From: a virus
Reading direction: 5' to 3' (one strand)
IMG/VR virus record: IMGVR_UViG_3300032299_001203
Coordinates: 40,087 to 104,086 of that record
DNA: 64,000 nucleotides
The notes beneath the pieces were generated by a model that saw only the letters and a list, made by a program, of their open reading frames with translations, was not told the origin of the DNA and made no database searches. Positions 1-12,200 of this stretch are shown here, piece after piece. Made by a program: the position numbers and the translations under genes. The first letter of the stretch is position 1. Each line of letters begins with the position of its first letter.

Positions 1-2
1 AA

Positions 3-179
3 ACTGGTGTGGTCACATTAACTGATTTTAATCCATCACAAATTGATAATCCTTTAGGTATATTAACTTTACAAGCAATACCAAATTCAACAATCGTTTC
101 TTCTGATAAAGATAAAATTATCACATTAGATAATACGGATCAGTCAGCAATTGAAATAAACATTACAGCAAGTAGTTAA
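3..179 (+). CDS. Baseplate wedge protein gp6, C-terminal fragment (5' end outside window)
   Basis: Open frame TGVVTLTDFNPSQIDNPLGILTLQAIPNSTIVSSDKDKIITLD...ITASS* ending in TAA 177-179, directly upstream of gp7-like gene; resembles T4-like gp6 C-terminus; synteny. Confidence 0.65.
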   Translation, partial: TGVVTLTDFNPSQIDNPLGILTLQAIPNSTIVSSDKDKIITLDNTDQSAIEINITASS

Positions 180-182
180 TAA

Positions 183-3092
183 ATGATTTTAGATAATCAC
201 AAAACATCATTACAGGTTGCTAAACAACTTCCTGAATTTATTCAGGATGATTCAGCTTATCAAAATTTTGTTTCTTTTATTGAAGCATACTATCAATGGA
301 TGGAAACAACTCATAGTGCAAATGCATCAAATACCATTGTTACTTCAAGTGACCAAGGTATAACACACGCATCAAAGAATTTATTAAATTATTCTGATGT
401 TGACAATACATTAGATGAATTTATTGATTATTTTATTAATGATTTTCTTCCTTACATACCAAAAGATGCTTTAACGGACAAAAGAAAATTATTAAAAATA
501 TCAAAAGAATTATACAACAACAAAGGAACAGAAAGTTCTTATAAATTCCTGTTTAGAGCTTTATATAACTCAAGTGCCGAAATATTTAACACATCTGATA
601 CAGTTTTAAAAGCTTCAGATGGCAAATGGGTAATTACAAAATCTTTAAGAATAGATTCTTTAAATCCAAATTGGCTTTTAATTAATAATTTAAGAATTTT
701 TGGAGAAACAACCAAATCATATGCAACAATTGAATATTCAAGTGTAACTGGTTCTAAAACTGAAGTTTTTATTTCAAACATACAGAGATTATTTAATTCT
801 GGAGAATTTGTTCGTGTAGTTGACAACAATAATTTAGATGTTTATTTCCTTAATGGTAAAGTTTATATTCAAAACCAAGGAGTAAACATACCAGAAAACG
901 CTGTGATACTAAGAGGTAAAATTATTGGTGTTATTTCATCGATTAGAATAAACTCCAAAGAACGTGGCCAATTTTATGAACCAGGTGATCCTGTTATTAT
1001 TTCTGGCGGATTAAATCCGGATGTTGTTGATCCAGTTGGTGCAGAAGCTTTTGTTGGTCAAACAACAAGAGGTAGTATTTCATCTATAGTTGTTACTGAT
1101 GGATCAAATGGCTTTCAATTGCCTCCTAATTCAGCTATTAATTTTTTAGGAACGGCAGACGCACCAGCAAGAGCTGAAATTAATTTATTGGATAGTGAAA
1201 AATTAACAAATGTTTCTTTTATTATCAGCAATTCTTTAGGTACGGCTTCAAATATAGCAATTGGCAATACAACTTTAGCACAAACATATAATATATTTCA
1301 AAATCCAGGTGTAACTAATACAAATTCTAGATTAGTGGATGCATTTACATTTACATCTTTTGTTGTTGGGCCAATCGGTTCTATTAAAATTACAAATCAA
1401 GGTGCAGGATATAATAAAACACCAAACGTTACTGTTACTTCTTTGTATTCTACTGACGCAGGACAAAGTGATTTAAAAAATCTTGGCATATTACAACCTA
1501 TTTCAATTCGAAATGCTGGTACTGGTTATGGAAACAATGACACAATTAGTATTGTTGGTGGTTTGGGATCAGGAGCGTTTGCGAACATAGTAGTTAACGC
1601 AACAGGATCAATTGTTAGGGCACCATACATATTTTCTGGCAACAATATAAACACAACTTACTCATTAGGTGGTTTTGGATACACACTTTCTGATCTACCA
1701 ACTATAATAATTAATAGTGAATATGGATCAAATGCAAGTCTTGTTATTCCAGGAATTATGGGAGATGGTGCAATTTTATCTCCAACAACGGATCGTATTG
1801 GCCAAATTTCAACCATCAATATTACCAATCCAGGCGAAGATTATGTTTCTGCACCAAAGGTATATTTAAATGTGCAAGATATTGCTCTGAGTAATGTGTC
1901 TGGAACAAATTCAATTGTTACCGGAGATATCATCTATCAAGGTAATACATACCTGTCTGCAACATATTCTGCAAATGTTTATTCTTTTATTAGAACTTCA
2001 TTTGACACCACAGGAAATACACAAAATGACATCTACAGATTAAGGGTGTATGATTATTCAGGAAATTATGCCGAAGGATTAACTTTAAATATTGATAGAG
2101 AAGTTGGCAACACAACAGTACAATTAAATTTCAGTCCACAACCAGTATTGATTAACAAAGCTGGTTTACCTGGCAGTATGATTAAATATGGTGATGGTAA
2201 TGCTAAAGCTAACGCAGCATTTTTAAATGGATTAATTGTTGGCCAAGGTGTATATTTAAATGAAGATGGACAACCTTCTTCATTAGGATTAGTTCTGGAG
2301 AGTTTAGATTATAATAAGTATACATATGTTTTATCGGTAGAAAAAGCTTTAAAATCATATAAAGATTTAATTTTAAACCTTTTACATCCCGCTGGTTCAA
2401 AACTTATTGGTAGAAATTTACTAAGAAGTTCCAATTCCTTTAACCTTGGAACAGAAACGGGGCACCAAAAAGGTTACACTTTGGAATATGTGGCTGGCGG
2501 AGCAGCTTACTTGACTTTAGAAGTTAACACCGCCACGGATATAATTAGCACCAATATTATCAAAGTCAACAATGTTATATCTGGTAATATTGGTAACACT
2601 ATATTTGCTAATGATTATATAAAATTTGAATCTAGCAATAATGTAAAAGTATACTCCTTAATTACTGACGTTGACTATGTAAATAACAAATTAACAATTG
2701 ATGACAACGTATTTTTAACTTTTGCAAATGTGGGCTTTGGATATGCAAATGCCTCCTCAAACGTCATAAATATAACATCAGTTACGGGACAATATGATGG
2801 TAATTTTGACAGTAAGACACCAGCCAATAACATTATATACGTTGGAGATAGTGTTTCGTTAAACGGTGGACCATATTATGCAGTCACCAGAGTATTCGCC
2901 AACGGTAACATATCGGTGGCCAACAGTTCATTTGGACCATCAGGTAATTCTAGAATAACAGTAAACAAGAATGCTAATACACAAACCGCATTCATATACG
3001 GTCAAGTATTTGTATATGATTATCCATTATTAGCAACAGAATCCGGCAATGAGATTATCACAGAACAAGGAACTTATCTAATCATAGGGTAA
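183..3092 (+). CDS. gp7: Baseplate wedge subunit gp7-like (969 aa)
   Basis: N-terminal QLPEFI..FVSFIEAYYQWME, LYNNKGTESSYKFLFRALY, VLKASDGKW and C-terminal LLHPAG motifs typical of T4-like gp7; repeated I..GxGY beta motifs; position between gp6 and gp8. Confidence 0.8.
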   Translation: MILDNHKTSLQVAKQLPEFIQDDSAYQNFVSFIEAYYQWMETTHSANASNTIVTSSDQGITHASKNLLNYSDVDNTLDEFIDYFINDFLPYIPKDALTDKRKLLKISKELYNNKGTESSYKFLFRALYNSSAEIFNTSDTVLKASDGKWVITKSLRIDSLNPNWLLINNLRIFGETTKSYATIEYSSVTGSKTEVFISNIQRLFNSGEFVRVVDNNNLDVYFLNGKVYIQNQGVNIPENAVILRGKIIGVISSIRINSKERGQFYEPGDPVIISGGLNPDVVDPVGAEAFVGQTTRGSISSIVVTDGSNGFQLPPNSAINFLGTADAPARAEINLLDSEKLTNVSFIISNSLGTASNIAIGNTTLAQTYNIFQNPGVTNTNSRLVDAFTFTSFVVGPIGSIKITNQGAGYNKTPNVTVTSLYSTDAGQSDLKNLGILQPISIRNAGTGYGNNDTISIVGGLGSGAFANIVVNATGSIVRAPYIFSGNNINTTYSLGGFGYTLSDLPTIIINSEYGSNASLVIPGIMGDGAILSPTTDRIGQISTINITNPGEDYVSAPKVYLNVQDIALSNVSGTNSIVTGDIIYQGNTYLSATYSANVYSFIRTSFDTTGNTQNDIYRLRVYDYSGNYAEGLTLNIDREVGNTTVQLNFSPQPVLINKAGLPGSMIKYGDGNAKANAAFLNGLIVGQGVYLNEDGQPSSLGLVLESLDYNKYTYVLSVEKALKSYKDLILNLLHPAGSKLIGRNLLRSSNSFNLGTETGHQKGYTLEYVAGGAAYLTLEVNTATDIISTNIIKVNNVISGNIGNTIFANDYIKFESSNNVKVYSLITDVDYVNNKLTIDDNVFLTFANVGFGYANASSNVINITSVTGQYDGNFDSKTPANNIIYVGDSVSLNGGPYYAVTRVFANGNISVANSSFGPSGNSRITVNKNANTQTAFIYGQVFVYDYPLLATESGNEIITEQGTYLIIG

Positions 3093-3096
3093 AAAA

Positions 3097-4755
3097 ATGG
3101 CAACAGTAAAAATATCACAACTACCAGTTTTATCACAGTTATCGGCTAACAACGCCAACACAGTATTTGTGGTGGTAGATAAAACCACCAATACAACTTC
3201 ACAGTTTTCTACCACGGTTTTAGCTCAAGGCTTATACGCCAACAATATTTTGAATGTTGGTACTGCAAACACAGGTCTTTTACTTCCTAATTCTGTAGCA
3301 CAATTTATTAGTAATACTGCAATCTTTTCACAAGTTAATTTTCAAAACATTAATTCAAAAGGTTCTGCTGATATTGTTATAACATCAGATGATGGTGATA
3401 ACTCAAATAATTATTTGGATTTGGGTGTTCAAGGTTCAAATATGGATGCTGATCCAACATTTGACTTACCCAATAATGATGGTTATTTGTATATGCATGG
3501 CAAGGACAATCAAAAGTATGGTAATTTATGGATTGGTACAGCGATTGCAAATACTGATTTAGTTTTCTTTACTGGTGATCATAAACAAGCCAATGAGGTT
3601 GCAAGAATTGAAGATGGTGTTGGTCTATCTTTAAAAATGCCTATCAAGTTTGCTGATGGCACCATACAGAACACGGCACCGGTCACAGCAGCACACTCAC
3701 AAGTTATTTTCAATCAAGCCAATTCAGCGTATAATTTTGCTATTAATGTAAACACTTATACTGCGGCAGTGTACGCTCTTTCTAATACACAAAGTAATAG
3801 TATAACAGTAATGCAAGGTGTTAATACAACACAGAATACCAACATCACAACTGCCAACAACCAAGCTTGGGCAGCTTTTGATGCTGCAAATACAAACTCT
3901 GGCAATATTGCCATACTACAGGCAGTTAACACAACACAGAACACCAACATCACTACAGCAAACAATCATGCTTGGGCTGCATTTACCAAAGCAAACAATG
4001 CTTTAGCCAATACAACAGGTATATTTGGTGGTACACTGACCATTACTGGTGATTTGGTGTTTGATGGCAGCCAAACTATTTCAGCAACTGATGATCTTTA
4101 TATTGGTTCAAACGCTGGTATACAAATACAAACTGATCTTGGCGGAACTCAGAAACAATTTCAATTTGGAACGGATGGAAATTTAACTGTTCCAAATTAT
4201 ATTGTATTCCCGGACAATACTGAAATTGGATATAATCCTTCTGCAAGTCCAACTTCTTTCATGGTTTCGACAGCAAACACATTGACATTGGAAGCAAATA
4301 CATACACTTGGGGTTTTGGCGCAGATGGTACTACGATATTTCCAAACGGATTGATTAAGACTCGGACCAATCAGTCCATTGGTATTTTAGCCATAGATGG
4401 CGGATCACTTTCAGAATATCCAGCACAGTTAATGGCACAGCAAGTGGCACAAGCTCAACCAGATACTATTATTTCTTCATATGATAATAGAGCTACTATC
4501 CAAACAAATGTTAATAGTACCATCAAGACTTGGACATTTGGCAGGAATGGTAGTTTAACATTCCCAGATTTATCTGTTCAAAACACCGCATTTACTGGTA
4601 CTGCAATTGACCAAAATGCAACCAATTTGGCTCAAAGTGCTTACGACAAAGCCAATACAACAGCCAATACAACAATTACCATATCACAATTAAAATCTAT
4701 ATCAGCAAATGCTGGAAATTTTGGCGATTTTCAAATTGCAATTGCTGCTTTATAA
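3097..4755 (+). CDS. Fibre-like virion protein (552 aa)
   Basis: N-terminal KISQLP motif, 35-aa coiled-coil repeats, repeated W/F-x-FG-x-DG-x-L/T-x-FP beta repeats, C-terminal amphipathic helix. Confidence 0.65.
   Translation: MATVKISQLPVLSQLSANNANTVFVVVDKTTNTTSQFSTTVLAQGLYANNILNVGTANTGLLLPNSVAQFISNTAIFSQVNFQNINSKGSADIVITSDDGDNSNNYLDLGVQGSNMDADPTFDLPNNDGYLYMHGKDNQKYGNLWIGTAIANTDLVFFTGDHKQANEVARIEDGVGLSLKMPIKFADGTIQNTAPVTAAHSQVIFNQANSAYNFAINVNTYTAAVYALSNTQSNSITVMQGVNTTQNTNITTANNQAWAAFDAANTNSGNIAILQAVNTTQNTNITTANNHAWAAFTKANNALANTTGIFGGTLTITGDLVFDGSQTISATDDLYIGSNAGIQIQTDLGGTQKQFQFGTDGNLTVPNYIVFPDNTEIGYNPSASPTSFMVSTANTLTLEANTYTWGFGADGTTIFPNGLIKTRTNQSIGILAIDGGSLSEYPAQLMAQQVAQAQPDTIISSYDNRATIQTNVNSTIKTWTFGRNGSLTFPDLSVQNTAFTGTAIDQNATNLAQSAYDKANTTANTTITISQLKSISANAGNFGDFQIAIAAL
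3814..4000 (+). repeat. 105-bp (35-aa, 5 heptad) imperfect tandem repeat QxVNTTQNTNITTANNxAWAAF
   Basis: Two copies starting 3814 and 3919, near-identical at protein and DNA level. Confidence 0.85.
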
Positions 4756-4775
4756 AAACACTTAATAAATAAATC

Positions 4776-6188
4776 ATGGCAAATTTTACAGCAAACTCAT
4801 CTCAACTCATATACGGTAGTAAAATATATGAGGTACTACAATATTATTATGCTCCTGCAACCACTTCTAATGCCACAAACACATTACAGAATTCTTTGTA
4901 TGCGTTTATTGGCCAAGTGGATCCATGGCCAGATGAAGAAGAACCACCCACACCAACACAAGATCAATATTCTTTAAAACAAGTATTCAAAAATATTATT
5001 GCTGCCAAAAAGGTAACATCATCTGATATTTCTCCGGTAATACCAAGGCGAGATTGGAAAACTGGTGTAATATATAATCAGTATTCTGATACAGAAGATA
5101 TGTTTACGGTTGATGCCAATGGTATACTAACAAAAAATTTCTATGTACGAAATCGTTTCGATCAGGTGTTCAAATGTTTAGGAAATGCTAATGGATCACA
5201 ATCAACTATTGAACCTGAGTTTTTACCTGGTACATTTGATAAGTCATTCTTGGTAAAAACAGCAGATGGTTATAAGTGGAAATTTTTATATACAATCAAC
5301 ATTGGCCAAAAACAAAAATTCTTAGATACAAATTGGATGCCTGTGGTTGGTATTGGCCAAAACATTCCAAATCCGGTTGAAACTTTTGCTGCGCAAGGTG
5401 ATATTCAGGTTATTAATGTTACAAACACCGGCCGTGGTTACTTTTCTGGTGGTGTAAAAATTACCATTAATGGTGATGGTCAATTTGCAAATGCTACGGC
5501 TAGTGTTAACGCATCCGGCTTTATTACAGACATTGTTATGGCAAATACCGGCCAAGGATATACTTATGCCGAAACAATAATAACAACGGAGGCAGGTTAT
5601 CCGACCCCCAATGTAGTAGCTACTGCGAGTAGTCCTGTATCGCCTGTAGGAGGTCACGGATTCGATCCTATATCAGAATTAGGATGTAGTCACGCTATGA
5701 TGGCTTTAGAATTTACTGGCAGTGAAGGTGGATTAATACCAACCGATATCACTTACAGGCAATTAGGTCTGGTGTTGGATCCATATTCAAAAAGCAACTT
5801 AGGTAAACTCATACCATATGCAACCGAAACTGTATATGATGTAACGACAAGTATTTTGGTTTCTTCCGGATTAGGTTCGTATGTTAGTGGCCAAGTGGTT
5901 TATCAAGGACCATCTTTGGCAAGAGCAACTTTTAAAGCAAAAATTGTTAGTTTTGATCCAACAACCAATATATTAAAGGTCATAAATATAACAGGAACAC
6001 CAACTGCAAATGAAGTTCTTGTACAAGACAGTTTATTATCAGGTCAGGCTATTATTAGAACGTTATTACAGGTGACCGATCCTGATTTTATCATCTATTC
6101 TGGATATATCACTTATATAGAAAATAGAACAGGAGTTGAACGTAGCGGAGATGCTACTGAACAATTTCGTGTTGTGTTAAGATTTTAA
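4776..6188 (+). CDS. gp8: Baseplate wedge subunit gp8
   Basis: YAFIGQVDPWPDEEEPP, VIPRRDWKTG, VFKCLGN, DGYKWKFLYTI, GGHGFDP, YRQLGL, YIENR...EQFRVVLRF motifs of T4-like gp8. Confidence 0.9.
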   Translation: MANFTANSSQLIYGSKIYEVLQYYYAPATTSNATNTLQNSLYAFIGQVDPWPDEEEPPTPTQDQYSLKQVFKNIIAAKKVTSSDISPVIPRRDWKTGVIYNQYSDTEDMFTVDANGILTKNFYVRNRFDQVFKCLGNANGSQSTIEPEFLPGTFDKSFLVKTADGYKWKFLYTINIGQKQKFLDTNWMPVVGIGQNIPNPVETFAAQGDIQVINVTNTGRGYFSGGVKITINGDGQFANATASVNASGFITDIVMANTGQGYTYAETIITTEAGYPTPNVVATASSPVSPVGGHGFDPISELGCSHAMMALEFTGSEGGLIPTDITYRQLGLVLDPYSKSNLGKLIPYATETVYDVTTSILVSSGLGSYVSGQVVYQGPSLARATFKAKIVSFDPTTNILKVINITGTPTANEVLVQDSLLSGQAIIRTLLQVTDPDFIIYSGYITYIENRTGVERSGDATEQFRVVLRF

Positions 6189-6200
6189 TGGAAAGAAAAA

Positions 6201-9200
6201 ATGGCACTTAATTTTAATGTAGAACCGTACTATGATGATTTCGATGTAACTAAAAACTACCATCGAATTCTTTTTAAGCCAGGGTATTCTGTTCAGGCTC
6301 GTGAATTAACACAATCTCAAACCATCTTACAAAATCAAATCACAAGTTTTGCTGATGCAATTTTTGCTCAGAACACTCCCGTTTCTGGTGGTAAAGTAAC
6401 AGTCAATCAAAATGTTCATTTTCTAAAGTTAAATGCAATCACACCATCTGGATTAACCACAATTGCGGCATCGTTTGAAAACGGAACAATTTATAGCCAA
6501 GATGGTTCGATTGTTGCAAAGGTAGTTGCTTTCGCAGAAGCCACATCAACTTCTATTGGAGTTGACGGTGATCCACCAACATTAATGGTAACATACATTA
6601 CTGGCAATAAATTTAATAGTGGTGACACCATCTATTTAAATGGATCAAACTATATTGCAACTGTTATTACTTCATCTGTTGGTAATGAAGCTACAGGAAA
6701 AGGATCCATTGCTTCTATATCGAGAGGTATTTTTTATGTTAAAGGTAATTTTGTAACTGCTTCTGAAGATACGGTTATTCTTTCCAAATACAACGAAAAT
6801 CCTTCTTTAAGAGTAGGTTTAAATGCAACAGAAACAATTATAGATTCCAATGATGACACCACTTTGTTGGATCCAGCATTAGGTGCTACAAACTACCAAG
6901 CTCCTGGAGCCGACCGATATTTAATTAGTTTATCGTTAGAAACTCGGCCATTAACATTAGGTGACGATGACAATTTTATTGAATTGGTTCGTCTTGCTGA
7001 AGGTAGCATACAAAAACAAGTTGATGGAACCGTATACTCTGTTATTGACGATTATTTTGCCAAAAGAACAAATGATACTAACGGTGATTTTATTGTTAAT
7101 GATTATACTTTAACCCCTAAAGCAAACACCATTAATTCCAGTAAATATGATATTGGAATTTCAAAAGGTGTTTCTTATGTTCGTGGTTATAGGTTAGAGA
7201 ATCAAAGTCCTGTATCATTAATAAACGACCGAGCAAGAACTCAAGATAGTGTATTGAATAATCCAACATTTATTGATTATGGAAATTACTTCTTTGTCAA
7301 TTCATCTAATGGTGTGTTTGATGTAACTACTTTACCTCCTGTTGATTTTCACACAGTAGATAAAACAAGTATCTCTTTGACAAATGAAAATTCATACAAC
7401 TCGACTAGAGCGGCCACAGGATATATTAGGAATATGATTTATTCCAGTACATCTAATACGGCAAATGGATCGGCTTACATTTACAAAGCGTATGTTTTTG
7501 GAATTCAAAACCAAACCTTAACAGCTAATGTGGCCGCCGGTTCAGCAAATAATTCTTACATAACATTACCAAGCACAAATCAATTTTCAAATGTGGCAAA
7601 TGCTTACTACAATGTAACTGTGAGTATTGACAAAGGTACTTCTGCTGGAGATTTTCGTGTAATTACTAGCTATGATGCCGCTAGCAAAATTGCTTACGTT
7701 GATAGACCTTTTACGGTTGCACCAACCACTTCTTCTCAATTTACATTAAGGTTTGATGTAACTGATATAGAAACTATCATTAAAGCAACACCTGGAATAT
7801 CATACAACATTACAGCAAATGCAACAATCGACACATCAAGCAAACAAACAAATGATGTTCTTGCTGATACTGTTCTTCAAAATCCAAATGCGCCTGAGTT
7901 ATTGTTTAACTTAGGTAATCAATATGTAAGTTATGCAAACAACACTTCATACTTAACAACACAGGTGTTTAGAAACGTTGCGTTTGGTATTTCTGGTGGA
8001 AACATTGTTGCAACATTAACTTTTGGTTCTGCACCTGTTTCCACTCTTTCTTTCTTGGGATCAGGAACATTATCTGCCGATGCTGTTTCACAAAACTTTC
8101 AAATCATTGTAACAAATCCTGGTTCAAATGCAGGTTTAAGAGCTGGTCAAACACTTCCTTGGAACATTTTATCTAGAACGTGTTCGATTACTGGTGCAGG
8201 TTCTACGGCCACATTTACAACACCATCTAGTGATTTAACATCATTTACAGCAACAATTATTGCAAAATCTTTTGTAAAAGCAGGTAATGATACGAGTTAT
8301 ATTATCAAAGCTAAAAATTTAGTAACAGGTAATACAACCGGTGTTAATCTTTCTGGAACAAATGTCAACAGTTACAGTTATGTTGACACAAATCAAGGTC
8401 AAGTGTATATTACTTGGCAAGGTTTGGTTAATCCAGGATCTCCACAAAAATTGTATATTACGGATGTAAAACGAATCGTAAAAATTATTGATACAAAATC
8501 TCAAGCAACATTCCCAACAGATGCAATGTTGTCCGATCCTTCTTATGATATTACCAATAGATTTACGTTTGATAATGGTCAAAGAGATTCTCATTATGAT
8601 TTTGCCACAATTACTTTAGGTGTAGGTCAGCCTGCAATTAAAGGTAACTTACTTGTGGTTCTAGATTACTATGCAACAACTGGTGGTGATGGTTATTATA
8701 GTGTGATGTCATACTTGGCACCAATTTCTTCTTCGCCTGAAGATTATGCTGAAATTCCATCTTACACAAGTTCAACTGGTAACCCATACCAACTAAAAGA
8801 TTGTTTGGATTTTAGGCCATCTCTGATTAATGCTCAACCTGATTTTACGATTAGAGCAAGTGCATCTGGATCAGGTGCCTTAGGTGCTTACATACCTGTT
8901 GACCTTTCAATATTTGAATCCAATTATGGTTATTACTTGAGTAGAAAAGATAAACTTGTTTTAACTAAAGATAGGTCTTTTGAAATTATTCAAGGCACTC
9001 CTTCATCCAATCCAATTGCGCCTGGTGAACCAGATGGTGCACTCGTTATTGCAAATTTAACTCATGATCCATACACAGCTTATATTCCAGGTGAAGTAAC
9101 AGGAGAATTACCAAATCTTTCAATTGAAAGAGTAAAACATAAACGCTGGCAAATGAGAGATATCTCCGATTTGGAAAGCAGAGTTAATAATATTGAATAC

Positions 9201-12200
9201 TATACGGCTCTAAACACTTTGGAAAAAGGTGCTGCTTCATTACAAATTGCTGATGGTAATGGTTTAAACCGATTTAAAAATGGTATATTAGTAGATGATT
9301 TTTCTAGTTATGCTGCATCTGATATTTCTAATAATGATTATTTGGTTTCTATTAACCGCAGAACAAAACAAATGACAGCAGCGCAAGTGGTTAAAAATTT
9401 CCCATTACAATCACTATCATTAGTATACAATATGGGTCAATTGGATTCCACTAGTGCAAATAATTTAGGTTATAAAATTACGACTGCTGGAAAATCTAAT
9501 TTCTTTATGCTGGCCTATACAACAGCCAATGTTATTACTCAACAGATTGCTTCTCGTACAGTTAATTTAAATCCATTTGCTGTATCATTGAATTCAGGTA
9601 TAATGGATTTAACTCCTCCAATGGACAATTGGGTTGATACCGAAAAAGCTCCTGATTTATTAATTGTTGATCCGAATCTACAAGTATATCGTGCAAGTGA
9701 TCAGGTTAATGTTTTACAAGTAGGTGATTGGAAAACAACAGTAGCCACCACCACAGATAATGTAATTGCTGCCGGAAGAAACTGGAGAGTAAATCAGGTT
9801 ACAACCTACACAGAGCAACAACAAAAAACTGTATTAGGTAACTATGATAAGTTGAGTTCCAGTTACCTCGAAACATCAGGATACATTACCGATGTCAGTA
9901 TTTTACCATATATTCGCCAACAATTTTTACAATTTAATACTTATGGCATGTTGGTTAACACCGATGTAAGTGTATATTTTGATGGTGTTTTAGTTGACAA
10001 ATATATTCGTAAACCAAATATTATAGAATTAACAAACGTTAGTGGATCATTTGTTGATGGAGATGTTATTGGTTTATTTGCTGGTGGTAACTTTACACCT
10101 TATGCCAAAATTGTTTCTTATTATGTTAATCCACAAAACTCAAATGTTCGTTTGTATGTTGTAACTTTAGAAGGAATTACATTTAATTCTGGCGTAACAC
10201 TTCAGAATGCCAAATTTAATACATCTGGACAATATCAATCATCTACTGCTAGTGGTAGAATTGCTTCATATACTGGTGTATCTGGAAGATTAAGAAGTGC
10301 AAACTCAACAACATCGATTCAGTTGTCTGTTGCGTCATCAAACACCGACATTTATACCGGTCAAACATTGTATGTTATTAGTGGTTCTGGTGCAGGACAA
10401 TCTTCTGTAATTAGTGCATACAACACGACCACAAAAACAGCAACTTTAACAACGGGAGTTGGTGCAGCTGCAAATGACATCTACTCTATTGGAAAACTAA
10501 CAACCAATGAAGTTGGTATGTTATCTGGTATTTTTGCTTTGCCTGGTGCTACTTTCAAAACAGGCCAAAGAACTTTCAGAGTAGATAATCGAATTGCTGG
10601 TAATATAGGTTCAGAAACAACATTCTCTGAAGCTACATTTCATGCTTCTGGTTTACAAACAACAAAACAAGGTGTAAATTATGCTTCTTCAATTGATTCA
10701 GCAAAAAATACATTTACACAAACACAAACCAAAACAAATGTAAGCAGTTACAATTACACAACTGTGTGGGATCCAGTAGCTCAAACATTTATTATCGATA
10801 AAGATAATTATCCAAACGGTTGTTTTTTAGATTCAATTAAAGTTTTCTTTGCCACCAAGCCTTCTACTGGATATGCACCTGTAACAATATCAATTGTAGG
10901 TACAGTCAATGGATATCCTGGTGGAGAAACTTTGGATCATTCACAAGTAACTTTAACAGCCGAACACATAAAAACATCCAATGATCCACACTATTTAAAT
11001 CCTAATACATATACAGTATTTAAATTCCCAACACCAGTTTATTTGGAACCAAATAAATTGTATGCATTTATATTAAAATGTCCTACATCTAACGAGTATA
11101 CAATTTATACGGCACAAAACGGTGATACAGCAATTTCTTCATCAGTTAAAAATTTGCCAACTGATCCTACACCAGCTACAACAACAAAAATTAACTCTGC
11201 GCCGTATGTTGGTTCATTATTTGTATCACAAAATTCTCAAACATGGACAGCAGATCAAAATGAATCTATGATGTTTGTTGTTGAAAGATGTGTGTTTGAT
11301 GTTGGTTCACAACCACAAATACAATTTGTTGTACCTAATAAATTACCTAATAGAAAAATTGTTGGTCAAGAAATAGAATATTATTTAAATGCAAATTCTA
11401 TTTCAAATACAATAACGTCTTTTGAAAACACAGATGTTTCTGTTGATGCCTTTAATATTTCAACAACAGATTTTATACCAGGTACAACTTCTTTGGGTTA
11501 TCAATATGCATCAACAGTAAAATCATCATATGCAGGTGCACCTACTGTAAGTGTAACTCCTGGTAAATTTGGTACACCAACTTATGATGACATTTATTTA
11601 AATGATGGTTTGGGACAACGTGTATTGAATGCAAATTCAAATACATCATTCTCTCTATTTGCAACAATGACTTCTGTAAACGATGCCGTTTCTCCTGTAA
11701 TTTCTGATGATGGATTAAGTGTATATTCTATAACATGGAATATTAATAATCTTGGATTATCAAACAACATTATAACAATCGTTTCTGGTGGAACAGGATA
11801 TAATGCACAAACAGTTTCCGTAACTGTAAACTCTACTGATGGATATGGTTCTGGTGCAACGGCTGTGGCTAATGTTGTTGGTGGTATTATTGATAGTGTA
11901 CGCATTACTAATCCTGGTTCGGGTTACATAACCACTCCTACAATGACAATAACAGATGATAGCACTCGTTCTGGTAATGCAAATGCTTCCGTTATTCTTG
12001 CTGGTGAAACTTCTAAATCTGGTGGTAATGCGTTGGCCAGATACTTTACCAAGAAAGTTGTATTGAATCAAGGTTTTGATTCTGGTGATCTAAGAGTTTA
12101 CTTTACTGCTTATCGTCCAGTCAATACAAATATATACGTATATTATAAAATACTTTCCAGAAACGATACACAAAAATTTGAAGAAGGTACATGGCAATTG

